Part shown: piece by piece, positions 9,219 through 19,199 of the stretch
How positions within the stretch are numbered: the first letter of the stretch is position 1
Layout of the letters: each line of letters starts with the position of its first letter
Source: Cyanophora paradoxa CCMP329
Lineage: Eukaryota; Plantae; Glaucophyta
NCBI GenBank assembly: GCA_004431415.1
Contig: QPMI01000561.1
Coordinates: 1-64,000 of the forward strand
DNA length: 64,000 nt
Direction of reading: 5' to 3'
The notes under the pieces: model-generated
What the model saw: the letters and a program-made list of their open reading frames with translations, nothing else
What the model was told of the DNA's origin: nothing
Databases searched by the model: none
Made by a program: the position numbers and the translations under genes

Positions 9219-11546
9219 TTAATATTCAACATCCTCTCCATTGTCTTCTTGAACCCTTGTTATCTTTCGAAGTCCAATGTAGCCCCTTGCTCTGGTTCCC
9301 TGAATTCGTTTAACCTCTGATTTCACATTGAAGATTTCCCTTACTCTCTTCATCACAGAAACACATTCAACTTTATCATCGACACTTCTGTATGATTTGT
9401 AAATGGTATCACTCGAAACAAAGTCGTTTGCATTATGGGTAACTTCGAAATTATCCCTAAGCCATTCACCAATCTTGTCATTTTCAGCTATAAAGTTTAT
9501 TCCCTGCTCAATAATCGATTGAGGGGGATTTCTTAAGATCTCTTCAACTTCTTTGTTCTTCCACATATCCAGTAATATCTTCATGTGAGCCATCTTATAC
9601 TCATCATCATTGTGAAGAAGTGTGAACAGAGTTGGGTCAGCTTTCTTTTGACCAGCTTCAGGCTTCTCTCTGAATATATTATTGAATCTCTGGTATGAAA
9701 GCCTTCTTTGAATTGCAAAGTCTGGTTTATTTATAGTCAAATTGTCATTAGTTGTAATGTAAACCTGGAACATTGGAGTGAGGATTACTGGGTCTTTGAA
9801 CAAGGCTCTCACAGTCATTTCATTTCCACCTGTGACCTCCTTAATTTTGGAAATTTGCAGTTTATCACCATCTTCAGCCTCATTACTGAATACAAGTCGC
9901 TTTCCCAGGAGTTTGGCAAGTTCAGGGGTAGCATCTGATGAGTTCTTCTTAGGTTTGGTCCAATAGGATATTTCGAGAGGGCTGTAATAAGCCCCAGATA
10001 TCTGTTTGCAGTATTCCTGAACAAGTGATTTACCATTAGCACCAGCACCAGTCCACATGTAGAACTTCTGTGATTTTGTTGATCCACTCAAAGCAATTGC
10101 AATAGATGCCAGAAGATAGTTTCGCTCTGCTGGATCATCTACAATCTCTCTATAAATCTGATTGAGATGCTCTACTTTCTTGGGGTCTACATTCTCAGTA
10201 TAATCATAACCCACACTCTTGCTCACCATATCTTCCAGTTTTCCCTTTCTGAAAGTCATAGTTGTCAGATCAAATACACCATTATCGAATCCAATTACAT
10301 ATGGAACTGTATCAATCTTTTCATAGAATTCATCATCATTTAGCAGAGGGAGCAGATCAGTCAGAAGGGATTTGCGATATCCTGATTGTTTAAGATTTTT
10401 GGCAATAGAAATTAATGTTTTCGATTTCTCTTCGAAAGCTGTTCTATTCTCTTCATCCTTCAAAGCTCTTTGGCTATAATGCACAGCCCTGCCAAGGTAT
10501 TGAGGGACAACAAGGCAACTAATATCTAGGTAAATCTTTTGGTTTGTGTCATCATGCTCCCAAATCCCAGTATCAGTATTGAGTTTGAACCATGACTTTT
10601 TGGAGTATCTCCAAGTGTGTTGTAGGACCTCTTTGCACACAAGACTTACATCATAATGAGCGCCTCCAGAGCCAGCGGATTTATCAATGAGATTGAAGAT
10701 ATCAGATTGCATTCCAATGAAGATAAATCGTTTTTTGCAATTGCCACTGTAGCTGGACACAATATACTTTTTATCTTCTCCTTTGGCTTTCATAACATAC
10801 CAGTTATTCGATTCATGGGACCCATTGCAGCATGGGCAATTGAGTCCCTTATTAGCAGCATCAAAGCTAAAGCCAAGTTCAGTTTTAGAGATTATATTGG
10901 GATGCATAAAGCCCATATCCACCAGCTCTTTAAGAATACTCTTTTCCAGTTCATCATTTGAGCTAGCACTAGCAGTATACTCACTCTTATAGATATAGTT
11001 CTCTGCAATCCACTTTTTAAACTCATCAGTAGGCTCATTGAAATCACAGGTATCATCCCATGGGGAGATTACCCAGGTCTTGTTGACACTGGGACAAACA
11101 TTAATTAATCCAGAAGTTCCAGTTCCAGTGATTGTTTTCAGGTCAACCTTTTCAAAGCCTTTAAAGCCAGGAGCCTTATCGGTGATTTTGAGTTTATTGA
11201 ACTCCTCAGGTCGTTTAAAGTAGACATGATAGCCTTTTTTAGTTTTTGCCATGGGTTGATTGGCATCAAAGTCATCAGGAAACATATCCCGGAATTTCTC
11301 GAAGTTCTCCTCATCATCAAAGTCAATAACCATCATGTTGTCTGAGAGCAGAATGCCCCAAGATACATACTGATTAGTTGCCAGCGCTTCCTCATACTTT
11401 TCCCAGGACCAAGCACCTCCCTTATGCTTGAAAACTGGGTCTTTGCTGTCAGGTTTCACTGGGATAATCATGTTTTTGGACAGTTCCTCATCAGAACGAA
11501 GCCAGTTAGCGAGCGATTTAATTAACTTGGTCTGTTTGGCGTTCAT
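9219..11546 (-). CDS. PrimPol primase + Zn-binding + D5-like SF3 helicase
   Basis: VIDFD and KTKKGYHVYF primase motifs, CPCCxxxH, D5_N-like IGFDNGVFDL, Walker A GAGANGKS, RLVFSNE, IQRRL. Confidence 0.92.
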   Translation of the reverse strand: MNAKQTKLIKSLANWLRSDEELSKNMIIPVKPDSKDPVFKHKGGAWSWEKYEEALATNQYVSWGILLSDNMMVIDFDDEENFEKFRDMFPDDFDANQPMAKTKKGYHVYFKRPEEFNKLKITDKAPGFKGFEKVDLKTITGTGTSGLINVCPSVNKTWVISPWDDTCDFNEPTDEFKKWIAENYIYKSEYTASASSNDELEKSILKELVDMGFMHPNIISKTELGFSFDAANKGLNCPCCNGSHESNNWYVMKAKGEDKKYIVSSYSGNCKKRFIFIGMQSDIFNLIDKSAGSGGAHYDVSLVCKEVLQHTWRYSKKSWFKLNTDTGIWEHDDTNQKIYLDISCLVVPQYLGRAVHYSQRALKDEENRTAFEEKSKTLISIAKNLKQSGYRKSLLTDLLPLLNDDEFYEKIDTVPYVIGFDNGVFDLTTMTFRKGKLEDMVSKSVGYDYTENVDPKKVEHLNQIYREIVDDPAERNYLLASIAIALSGSTKSQKFYMWTGAGANGKSLVQEYCKQISGAYYSPLEISYWTKPKKNSSDATPELAKLLGKRLVFSNEAEDGDKLQISKIKEVTGGNEMTVRALFKDPVILTPMFQVYITTNDNLTINKPDFAIQRRLSYQRFNNIFREKPEAGQKKADPTLFTLLHNDDEYKMAHMKILLDMWKNKEVEEILRNPPQSIIEQGINFIAENDKIGEWLRDNFEVTHNANDFVSSDTIYKSYRSVDDKVECVSVMKRVREIFNVKSEVKRIQGTRARGYIGLRKITRVQEDNGEDVEY

Positions 11547-11564
11547 TTTCAGCGATTGGGCGTC

Positions 11565-11603
11565 CCTTTTATATATATAGAAGATTTTTCTTTAAGTAGT
11601 TTT
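11565..11603 (-). promoter_or_regulatory. Conserved upstream motif (ACTACTTAAAG..TATATATAAAAG), copy before the D5 gene
   Basis: 39-bp sequence, 38/39 identical to 12889-12927. Confidence 0.7.
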
Positions 11604-11758
11604 GGGTCCCCCAATCATTTTTTGTTGGAAATCGAGAAAGTATCCCTACAAAATTTATCCACATGATATATCGAGTGGTTCAGATACAAAAACGATAAAG
11701 TAGTATTTCAGCGAATAAACAGCATATCCCAGCCTAGTAATATGCTGGGAAAAATAAT

Positions 11759-12013
11759 TTAGACATGTTTCGATTTTCTCCCTCGATTTGAGTAAGGGAC
11801 ATCATACAAATACTTGACAAAGCAGACTGCATTGGCTGCATACTTTCGCTGACATGAACTGGCTATTTTCATGGCTCTATAAGTATCATCATTGTTATAT
11901 AGATCTCTTAGCTGTGTGGCTATTTTTTCGTTAAACTTTTTGATTTGAGCCTTACCTTTTTCAGTTTGCTGATATCTCTTCATAGCTCTCTTCTGGGCTT
12001 CACTGAGTGGCAT
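11759..12013 (-). CDS. Small basic viral protein (SEAQKRAMKRY type), putative DNA-binding
   Basis: 84 aa, basic helix; degenerate shared upstream motif at 12031-12060. Confidence 0.6.
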   Translation of the reverse strand: MPLSEAQKRAMKRYQQTEKGKAQIKKFNEKIATQLRDLYNNDDTYRAMKIASSCQRKYAANAVCFVKYLYDVPYSNRGRKSKHV

Positions 12014-12069
12014 TTTTCCTCTGTCTCTCTTAATATATATAGAGAATTCTTTAAATCATTTTTTGTTCT

Positions 12070-12885
12070 CTAACCTCTTTGTCCAAATCGCTCAATATAC
12101 ATTAGTTTGAAATGCTTACCTAGCAATGCTACAAATGGTTCGATTTCCAAGGTCTCCCATGTTTTCTTGTCCTTATTCCATCTGCAATCTAATCCTTTTG
12201 CGATATCTTTTTTAAGATAAGGCACCTGAAACCCAGCAACCAATGTATTTGTTGTACTGAGTTCTGCATACATTTCAATCAATGCAGATCTGCCCTCTCT
12301 GAACCTCTCTATATCATCTCTGCGAAGATTATCCATTTTCGGAATAAACTGGTTGCTCCAAATCAGGAAAAGGTTAACTGCATGTTTATTCCTTGCTCTT
12401 TCTTGTTCTAATTCTCTCTGTTTTCGCTCTCTTTCTTCTAATTCAAGCTGCCTCTTTCGAGCTTCCTCTTGATTTTCAAGTTCTCTTTTTCTTTCCAGTT
12501 CTTCTTGCTTTAAAGCGATTCTGCACTTATTACAGAAATTATCCTTTCGGTTTTTATGCCGATCTCCACATCTTTCACATATATCTTGACCTCTGGCACC
12601 CTTTGGAATAAATCGTAAAATGCAGCAATTCCCAACAATGACCACAATCTTTTTATTAACATGCAGAATATAGCATTGCTCTTTAATTGGATGATCACAG
12701 GCGCAATGCTCAGACTCTGGAGGCAGGTCATAGTCACTTAATCCATATTTTGCAAGCTTTGCCCAAAGAGGGAGCGGTTTCCTGTTACTTCCAAGAGCAA
12801 CATAATCATTGAAGTTATCAGATCCACAAAGCAACATTAAAGCCGCTTTGAGCTTTTCCAGGCAATACGATTTCTTCTCTGCCAT
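12070..12885 (-). CDS. Cys/His-rich protein with coiled coil and DUF5710-like C-terminus
   Basis: CACDHPI..C..VGNCCI, CxxC..CxxC, VPYLKKDIAKGLDCRWNKDKKTW. Confidence 0.7.
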   Translation of the reverse strand: MAEKKSYCLEKLKAALMLLCGSDNFNDYVALGSNRKPLPLWAKLAKYGLSDYDLPPESEHCACDHPIKEQCYILHVNKKIVVIVGNCCILRFIPKGARGQDICERCGDRHKNRKDNFCNKCRIALKQEELERKRELENQEEARKRQLELEERERKQRELEQERARNKHAVNLFLIWSNQFIPKMDNLRRDDIERFREGRSALIEMYAELSTTNTLVAGFQVPYLKKDIAKGLDCRWNKDKKTWETLEIEPFVALLGKHFKLMYIERFGQRG

Positions 12886-12888
12886 TGT

Positions 12889-12927
12889 CCTTTTATATAT
12901 ATAGAAGATATTTCTTTAAGTAGTTTT
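12889..12927 (-). promoter_or_regulatory. Conserved upstream motif, copy before ORF 12070-12885
   Basis: Near-identical to 11565-11603; ends 3 bp before the ATG. Confidence 0.7.
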
Positions 12928-12994
12928 CATCAAATTTTGTGTTCAGAATTCCCCATTTAAAACCTCCCCTTTTAGTAGGAACAAGTTAGGAACT

Positions 12995-15900
12995 ATGCCC
13001 CGAATTAGCAACAGACTCATTAGAGAGAAGAAATGGGAACTTATGGGATTACTGGGAACACTGTATGCAGCCCATGAAATCACAGAGGCTGAATATGACC
13101 GGGAAATCGGATTTATTTCAAGGGGCAGACCCACTTTAGCAAAATTAACCAGAAAAGCCAATAACCTCTATGATAAAGTTGAAACTCTTGATGAACTCGA
13201 TCGCCTGAGGCAAATAGAACCAGAGGCAGAAGATGGCACAGCCATGAATGAATTATATCGCTGGCTCACATACAGAGCCAGAAGGGAAGTTGTTGTAGAT
13301 GTGATTGAATATTTAGATAGAATTGCAACCTCTCTACCAAAACGTTTAAGGGATAGTCTGGATCAATTCAGGGCAATCAAGGTTCGCTTGTCGTTTATCT
13401 GCAAGTTCGTTAAAGTCAGCAATCCGCAGGTTTGGATATCGAAATACATTTACAGCGATTATTTTGTATTAACCAAATCGAGAAATATTCGAACTGAGCT
13501 GAATAAAGCAGCCCAAATGTGTCAGGAGCAGATGAATGTGGTTGATAGCTATCGACTTGAAAGAATCGAAATGCTAAGAGTTGCTATTATGAGTTATGCC
13601 CCAACTGGTGGCTGCTATGTTAAAACACCAGAATCAATTGCAGCTAAGAAAGCCACAGTGAATATTCGAAATATTGATGATTCTTGCTTTGAAAATGCCA
13701 TTTTGGCATGGATCCATAGGAAAGATGTAAATTCCCACAAGAGAAGTGAGCTTACACAATATCGCAAATGGAAATACTCACCAACCACATACAATCCTTT
13801 GGCTCTCAATTTCGACAATATCCCATTCCCTGTTGCCTGTGATGCTGAAATAATTGATAAATTCGAGGCTCAAAATGCAGGCATTAGCATTAATATATTT
13901 GGAATCGATGGAGAGGTTATTTATCCCCTGCATCAATCCAGCAACCCAGGCAGAAAGCAAAAGATTAATCTCATGCTCATTCATGATGATGAAGGGAATG
14001 GTCACTATATTACTATTATGTCACTCTCAAGACTTCTCAGAGTTGCCCTTGATAAAACCAAGGATCAAAAGTTACACTACTGTGACACATGCTTATCTCG
14101 ATTCAGGTCTGAGGCTAAACTCACTGCTCATGTGGACTCAAACAGATGCATTGATTGGAGACTCTCAAAGGGAATCACCCCTAAACCTGAGACCACCATA
14201 GAGTTTGGACTCAAAAACCTTAGGAAAACTGTTTGGCTTCCTGTTGTGGTCTACTGCAAGATTGAACATAGAAGCATCCCCATTGATGCATCGAAATCCA
14301 AGAGGGAAGTCTCAGCAGTGAACCTTAGAGTAGTCACTGGGGCAGATGTTCAAGATTTTCGATTTGAGGGTCAGGATCCAATGGGAGGTCTGTTTGAATG
14401 CTTGGAGTCCAAAGCAAGAGAACTAATCGATTTCCTGTTCACCAATATTCCCATGAATGAACTCACTGATGAGCAAAAGGCTATTTACAGAGCTACTAAA
14501 CACTGTTACCTTTGCAGTGAGAGGTTCACTAAAGAGAACTTCAAATGCAGAGATCATGACCACCACACAGGTCATTATATTGCTCCTGCTTGCAGAAACT
14601 GCAATCTACATAGGAGAATCTCAAAGCAAACCAAAGTTGCAGTTGTTGTTGACCAAATGGATGACTGTGGGACATTCATTTTCAGAAAAATAGCAGGCAT
14701 GGGTGATAAAAAGCGAATCGAAATCCTCTCAAAAAACTTTGATCAATACCTTTCATTGCAATGGGGTCTTTACAAGTTCATTGATGCAAGCAATTTCATG
14801 GATTTTGGAGCTGCTGATGTAGATGAGTTAATGAACAAATTCCAAGCCTTCAGAAGGCTTTCACACTCAGTATATGGACTTGACCCAGTTCATTATGTAT
14901 CTGCCCCTGGGTTATCTTGGGATGCTATGTTAAGGACCACCAAGGCAAAAATAGAGCTTATAAGTGATGTAGAGCAATACGAATTTGTTGAGAGGGGAAT
15001 CAGGGGTGGCTTTGCAACAATGCCTTGTAGGTATGCTGAGGCTGATGGTGAAAACTCCCACATTATGCTGTTTGATGCTAACAACTTGTATGGCTACTGT
15101 TTGAGTCAGCCAATTCCAGTTGGTGATTTTAGATGGGAGACCGAATTCAACCCACAAGATAACAGATCCAGTTTCCTGGAAGTTGATCTGGATTACCCAA
15201 TAAGGCTATATCTAGACCACAGTGATTTCCCCCTAATTATAAACAAGAAAATAGTAGAATATGCGGAATTATCACAATATCAAAAGAGCCTGTTGGATCT
15301 TTCAGGAGAAGAGCTTGATAAGACCCCTAAGCTAACTGCAACCTTTGGTTCTGTGGCAAACTATGTGATTTCTGAGCCTCTCCTACAGTATCTGTTGGAC
15401 AAAGGGGTGAAATTAAAGAAAATTCACAGGGTCCTCTCATTTACTGTGGCTCCTGTAATGAAACCCTACATTGAGCTGAACACTGAGATGAGAAGGAAAG
15501 CAGTGAATAAATTCGAGGCTGATTTCTATAAACTCATGAATAACTCAATCTATGGGAAATGCATTGAATCTTGCAGAGGTAGATCTGTGGTTAAGATTGC
15601 AAACAGTGAGAAACTATTTATGAAATATGCAGCCTCTCCATTGGTGAAATCAACAAGCCCCATAAACGAAAAGGCAGTTGCCTTTGAGTTTTACACAAAG
15701 CATGTGAAGCTAGATAAGCCTGTTGCAATTGGGGCTTATGTTTTGGATGCAGCCAAACTGCATAATTACCAGTTCTTCTATGATACTGTAAGGTCCCAAT
15801 GGACAAAAGCAAAGTTACTATTCCATGATACTGATTCCTTTTGTCTATATATCGAATCTAAGACCCTCCAAGAGGACCTGGGGAATATCTCTTATGCCTT

Positions 15901-16240
15901 GGACCTAGGGGGATCTAACAGAATGACCCCAGGTAAATACAAAAATGAAATGCCAGGTTCTGCTATATTGGAGTATGTGGGTCTGAGAGCCAAAGTTTAC
16001 AGTTTCAGAACTGCTGAGATTGAGAGAAGTAAGCTCTCTGGGACTTCAACTGAGGAACTCCAATTTAATGATTTTAAGCAGTGTTTATTTGCAGGTATCA
16101 GCAAGACTGTGACTGCAAAGCAAAAGAGAAGGGCAGATCACACAATAATAGATACTGTGAGTAGAAGGGTTGCCCTAAACTGCTTTGATGCAAAGAGATA
16201 CATCTTACCAGATGGTATTAATTCTGTTCCATTTAATTAA
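12995..16240 (+). CDS. Maverick/Polinton-type family B DNA polymerase with C2H2 and endonuclease VII-like inserts
   Basis: FDANNLYG, KLMNNSIYGK, HDTDS and GLRAKVYS polymerase motifs; CYLC..RDHDHHTG..CRNCN EndoVII-like motif. Confidence 0.93.
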   Translation: MPRISNRLIREKKWELMGLLGTLYAAHEITEAEYDREIGFISRGRPTLAKLTRKANNLYDKVETLDELDRLRQIEPEAEDGTAMNELYRWLTYRARREVVVDVIEYLDRIATSLPKRLRDSLDQFRAIKVRLSFICKFVKVSNPQVWISKYIYSDYFVLTKSRNIRTELNKAAQMCQEQMNVVDSYRLERIEMLRVAIMSYAPTGGCYVKTPESIAAKKATVNIRNIDDSCFENAILAWIHRKDVNSHKRSELTQYRKWKYSPTTYNPLALNFDNIPFPVACDAEIIDKFEAQNAGISINIFGIDGEVIYPLHQSSNPGRKQKINLMLIHDDEGNGHYITIMSLSRLLRVALDKTKDQKLHYCDTCLSRFRSEAKLTAHVDSNRCIDWRLSKGITPKPETTIEFGLKNLRKTVWLPVVVYCKIEHRSIPIDASKSKREVSAVNLRVVTGADVQDFRFEGQDPMGGLFECLESKARELIDFLFTNIPMNELTDEQKAIYRATKHCYLCSERFTKENFKCRDHDHHTGHYIAPACRNCNLHRRISKQTKVAVVVDQMDDCGTFIFRKIAGMGDKKRIEILSKNFDQYLSLQWGLYKFIDASNFMDFGAADVDELMNKFQAFRRLSHSVYGLDPVHYVSAPGLSWDAMLRTTKAKIELISDVEQYEFVERGIRGGFATMPCRYAEADGENSHIMLFDANNLYGYCLSQPIPVGDFRWETEFNPQDNRSSFLEVDLDYPIRLYLDHSDFPLIINKKIVEYAELSQYQKSLLDLSGEELDKTPKLTATFGSVANYVISEPLLQYLLDKGVKLKKIHRVLSFTVAPVMKPYIELNTEMRRKAVNKFEADFYKLMNNSIYGKCIESCRGRSVVKIANSEKLFMKYAASPLVKSTSPINEKAVAFEFYTKHVKLDKPVAIGAYVLDAAKLHNYQFFYDTVRSQWTKAKLLFHDTDSFCLYIESKTLQEDLGNISYALDLGGSNRMTPGKYKNEMPGSAILEYVGLRAKVYSFRTAEIERSKLSGTSTEELQFNDFKQCLFAGISKTVTAKQKRRADHTIIDTVSRRVALNCFDAKRYILPDGINSVPFN

Positions 16241-16243
16241 GAG

Positions 16244-17629
16244 ATGCCAGCAACTGGAAGAATAGTTAGAAGAACCACTGAGCAACTGCAAGGTAACCTA
16301 CTGCCCATCACAATTCCAAAGGAGGAAAAGGGGGAATCTCGAATTGTTAAAAAGTCAGAGATGAAAGAGCTTGTCCCAGTAGAGATCCCAGTTGCTATTG
16401 CAGTGAAAGAAACCAGCAAGATTGCCAAGAGATTCTATGATGTGAGAACTGGTTACAAAGGGCTTCAAGCTATGAGGGCTGAGTTACCTGATGAATCCTA
16501 TAAGCAGTTGCAAGAGTTCTATAAAAAACAAGAGGTAGTTCAGATCAATGCACCTGCTATATCTAGGAAGAGAGATCCCATGGTTCCAATAAGGCAACCC
16601 CTTGATACCTATGTGATTGATTTGCTCTTTTTCCCAGCTTATAAGAAACAAAACAATGGCTATGATACCTTTATGACTGCAATGGAATCTACACTGAGAA
16701 CTGGGTATATTATACCTATAAGGGATAAATCAGCTCTCACTACATTAGCTGCATTTAAGCAGCTTGAAATGAGAGTGGCAAGACCCATAGTAAAAGTTCA
16801 ATCAGATGCTGGGAGTGAATTCCAAAATCGAATATTCCAGGAGTATTTATCTAGTAAATACATAGAACACCAAGTGAGTGGAACTGCAGACCACAGAAGC
16901 CAAGGTCGAATTGAAGCCTTTAACAAGCAGATTAAGAGACTGATCACAAACTACTGCATAGCCAATAATACAGCTAGATTCTTTGATGTGTTAGGTGATA
17001 TTGAGTATAATTACAATAATACAGTCCACTCAGCTACTAAGATGAAGCCAGGCGAAACTACAGAGGAGCATTATAGGTATATAGTGGGATTAGAAGATGA
17101 AAGATTCAAGAAATCAATAGCTTATCTTGATACCATGCAGCCTGGCATGTTTGTTAGAGTGAAAGTTGAGAAAAATCCCTTTGCTAAACAGGGTAACAAT
17201 TGGTCTAGGATGGTTTACACTGTTGATAGTAGGGAAGGCTTTAAGTTTAAGCTAAGGAGTCCCACTGGTGAGATCATAGATAACAGGTTTGCTTTCCATG
17301 AGCTGTTGCCTGTGAATGCAGTTGAATATCTAGAAACCCCTACAGTGGATGCCTTAGAGCAAGCCAAGGAGGAAGCCAGGGTTGATGCTGCTATAAGGAG
17401 AGAAGGCATAGAAGCTGCTAATGAAGTTCCAGATAAGCCTTTGATAGAGGCTAGAAAGGAGAAGGCTGGCAAAGTTAATAGGGAACTCAAAAAGCTCACT
17501 ATAGCAGGGACACAGAAACTTTCTGAGGTTAATAGCCAGAGATGGTATAATGACTTTCAGACTACTAAGGAGTCATATACAGCACCTAAACCTCAGAGAA
17601 CACTAAGAGAAAGGACCAAAACTAGCTAG
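16244..17629 (+). CDS. Retroviral-like (rve) DDE integrase, Maverick type
   Basis: VIDL, QSDAGSEF, GRIEAFN catalytic triad; YNNTVHS..KMKP; C-terminal GMFVRV..NWS..VYTV. Confidence 0.93.
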   Translation: MPATGRIVRRTTEQLQGNLLPITIPKEEKGESRIVKKSEMKELVPVEIPVAIAVKETSKIAKRFYDVRTGYKGLQAMRAELPDESYKQLQEFYKKQEVVQINAPAISRKRDPMVPIRQPLDTYVIDLLFFPAYKKQNNGYDTFMTAMESTLRTGYIIPIRDKSALTTLAAFKQLEMRVARPIVKVQSDAGSEFQNRIFQEYLSSKYIEHQVSGTADHRSQGRIEAFNKQIKRLITNYCIANNTARFFDVLGDIEYNYNNTVHSATKMKPGETTEEHYRYIVGLEDERFKKSIAYLDTMQPGMFVRVKVEKNPFAKQGNNWSRMVYTVDSREGFKFKLRSPTGEIIDNRFAFHELLPVNAVEYLETPTVDALEQAKEEARVDAAIRREGIEAANEVPDKPLIEARKEKAGKVNRELKKLTIAGTQKLSEVNSQRWYNDFQTTKESYTAPKPQRTLRERTKTS

Positions 17630-18332
17630 TTTGCTAGGCAAAAACTCGTTTTTTCCAAATATATGTATGACTGATATACATATATGCACATGATATACAC
17701 ATAGTCTTGTAGATCTTATCAAGCGCTTCACAGCGATATGCAGAACGTTGCGATTTGATGATCTGGTGATGAGATATAACAGTTTGAAGATGCGAAAGTC
17801 ACTTGCCATAGTAGACTTGGTGAAAGACTAGCCCAGGAGTCGACTCGATGGCAAGCCGTTTTTGGCTCAGAGAATAAAGCGCTAGATTTCTGACTCAGAA
17901 CTACGAGGTTCAAATCCGACCGGGAACCTTTACTTCGTTCGCCGTGAAACTTGAACAGTAAAAAAAGGCACGATTCCTCCATAGCTGCCGCCCCCCTCTG
18001 CTACAGTCTGAGGATATATTCGGCACACACTGAACGCATCCGCTACCCTGAGACCCTTGTGCGGGACTGAACCTCCTGCACTATGCGTGATTCTAGGCAT
18101 CCAGCGCATCAGCGACACCGAAACTTTTGGGACCCTGGCAGCTGCTCTGGGTCGCCGCAACGAGATCCTCCTTTCCCGTGGCTTCCGTATCGTGAACGTT
18201 GTGGGGGAGATCCAGGCAACGAACCGCTTCTCCCGCTCCCTCCACGAGTCTGCAGTGTAGCAGAGTAGAACCCCGAATTGTATGGATAAATCATGTTCAC
18301 ATGAAGTAGATACCACTCAACCCGGATTCTCA

Positions 18333-18389
18333 GTTCCGTGGTGCGTTTGTTTTGCCCCGTCGCCTGTTCCGTGGTGCGTTTGTTTTGCC
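18333..18389. repeat. 24-bp direct repeat, 2 copies, period 33
   Basis: GTTCCGTGGTGCGTTTGTTTTGCC at 18333 and 18366. Confidence 0.85.
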
Positions 18390-18412
18390 GCCCGCGCCCC
18401 TTCTCTCGGACC

Positions 18413-18532
18413 TTTATATACGCTGGGTCAATCCGGGTTCAGGATTCAGGATCACACTTACCGATCCTGAAACAGGATCCTGATGCAGGATCGGTTCCGA
18501 CCCTGAACCAGGGTCGGCGTACAGTATATAAA
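18413..18532. promoter_or_regulatory. Divergent TATA pair around CAGGAT/ATCCTG repeats and a 9-bp-stem hairpin
   Basis: TTTATATA at 18413, TATATAAA at 18525, CCGACCCTG-AAC-CAGGGTCGG at 18497-18517; related block at 20825-20886. Confidence 0.5.
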
Positions 18533-18542
18533 GTAGACAAGC

Positions 18543-19199
18543 ATGCGCCCCCCCCTACTGTCCCCTTTAAGATGGACGCCTTCTTCCCCCTGTGAGTGCT
18601 CCCCTGTTGCCCCCCTGTTTCTCCCCGTACCACCACCGATCTCCACCGTCTGCGGAAAATCACCCCTTGAGCTGCTCGACTCGGCGGCACGGCAGGCCTC
18701 TGTGATCACCGTTGCCCACTCTGCCCGTGTCTCCCCAACGTTCACCCTCCTCTCGTGCGAGCCCAAGAATGCGCTGACCGTCACGAACGACCTCGTGCGC
18801 TTCCTTGGCATCCGGTCTCTTCAGGTTCCCGCCCAGGAGCTCCTCTCGTTCGGCGCACACCACCAGGCGCTCTTCCTGCAGGCCTGCGCTGGGACCACGG
18901 CTACCTCCCTCGTGATCCTCGACGTTGCTCTGGAAGACCTACCGGCCATCTACTCCACTCCGATCCCGTGGGCTCACAACGTCCTGCTCAAGATCCTGGC
19001 GACTCCGGAGCAGCTGTGCTCCGGCAGGCTCCCTACGCCCACTTCCTCGTGGGGCAAGTTCTTCGAAAACGGCGCAAACTGCCTCGGCACCGTCGCCCTC
19101 GAGTTCTGGGACAACTCCCTGCAGCTACCCCAGCACACCACCTTCTTCCACTACCCCACGAACCGCAGCAATCCTATTTCTCCCCCCTATCCTTTCTGA
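18543..19199 (+). CDS. Hypothetical intronless protein in the GC-rich island
   Basis: 218-aa ORF just downstream of a TATATAAA box; no family recognised. Confidence 0.5.
   Translation: MRPPLLSPLRWTPSSPCECSPVAPLFLPVPPPISTVCGKSPLELLDSAARQASVITVAHSARVSPTFTLLSCEPKNALTVTNDLVRFLGIRSLQVPAQELLSFGAHHQALFLQACAGTTATSLVILDVALEDLPAIYSTPIPWAHNVLLKILATPEQLCSGRLPTPTSSWGKFFENGANCLGTVALEFWDNSLQLPQHTTFFHYPTNRSNPISPPYPF

Noticed and set aside
11714-11750. Hairpin as a giant-virus-type polyadenylation signal
   Set aside because: Stem only 6-8 bp and not repeated consistently after the other viral genes.
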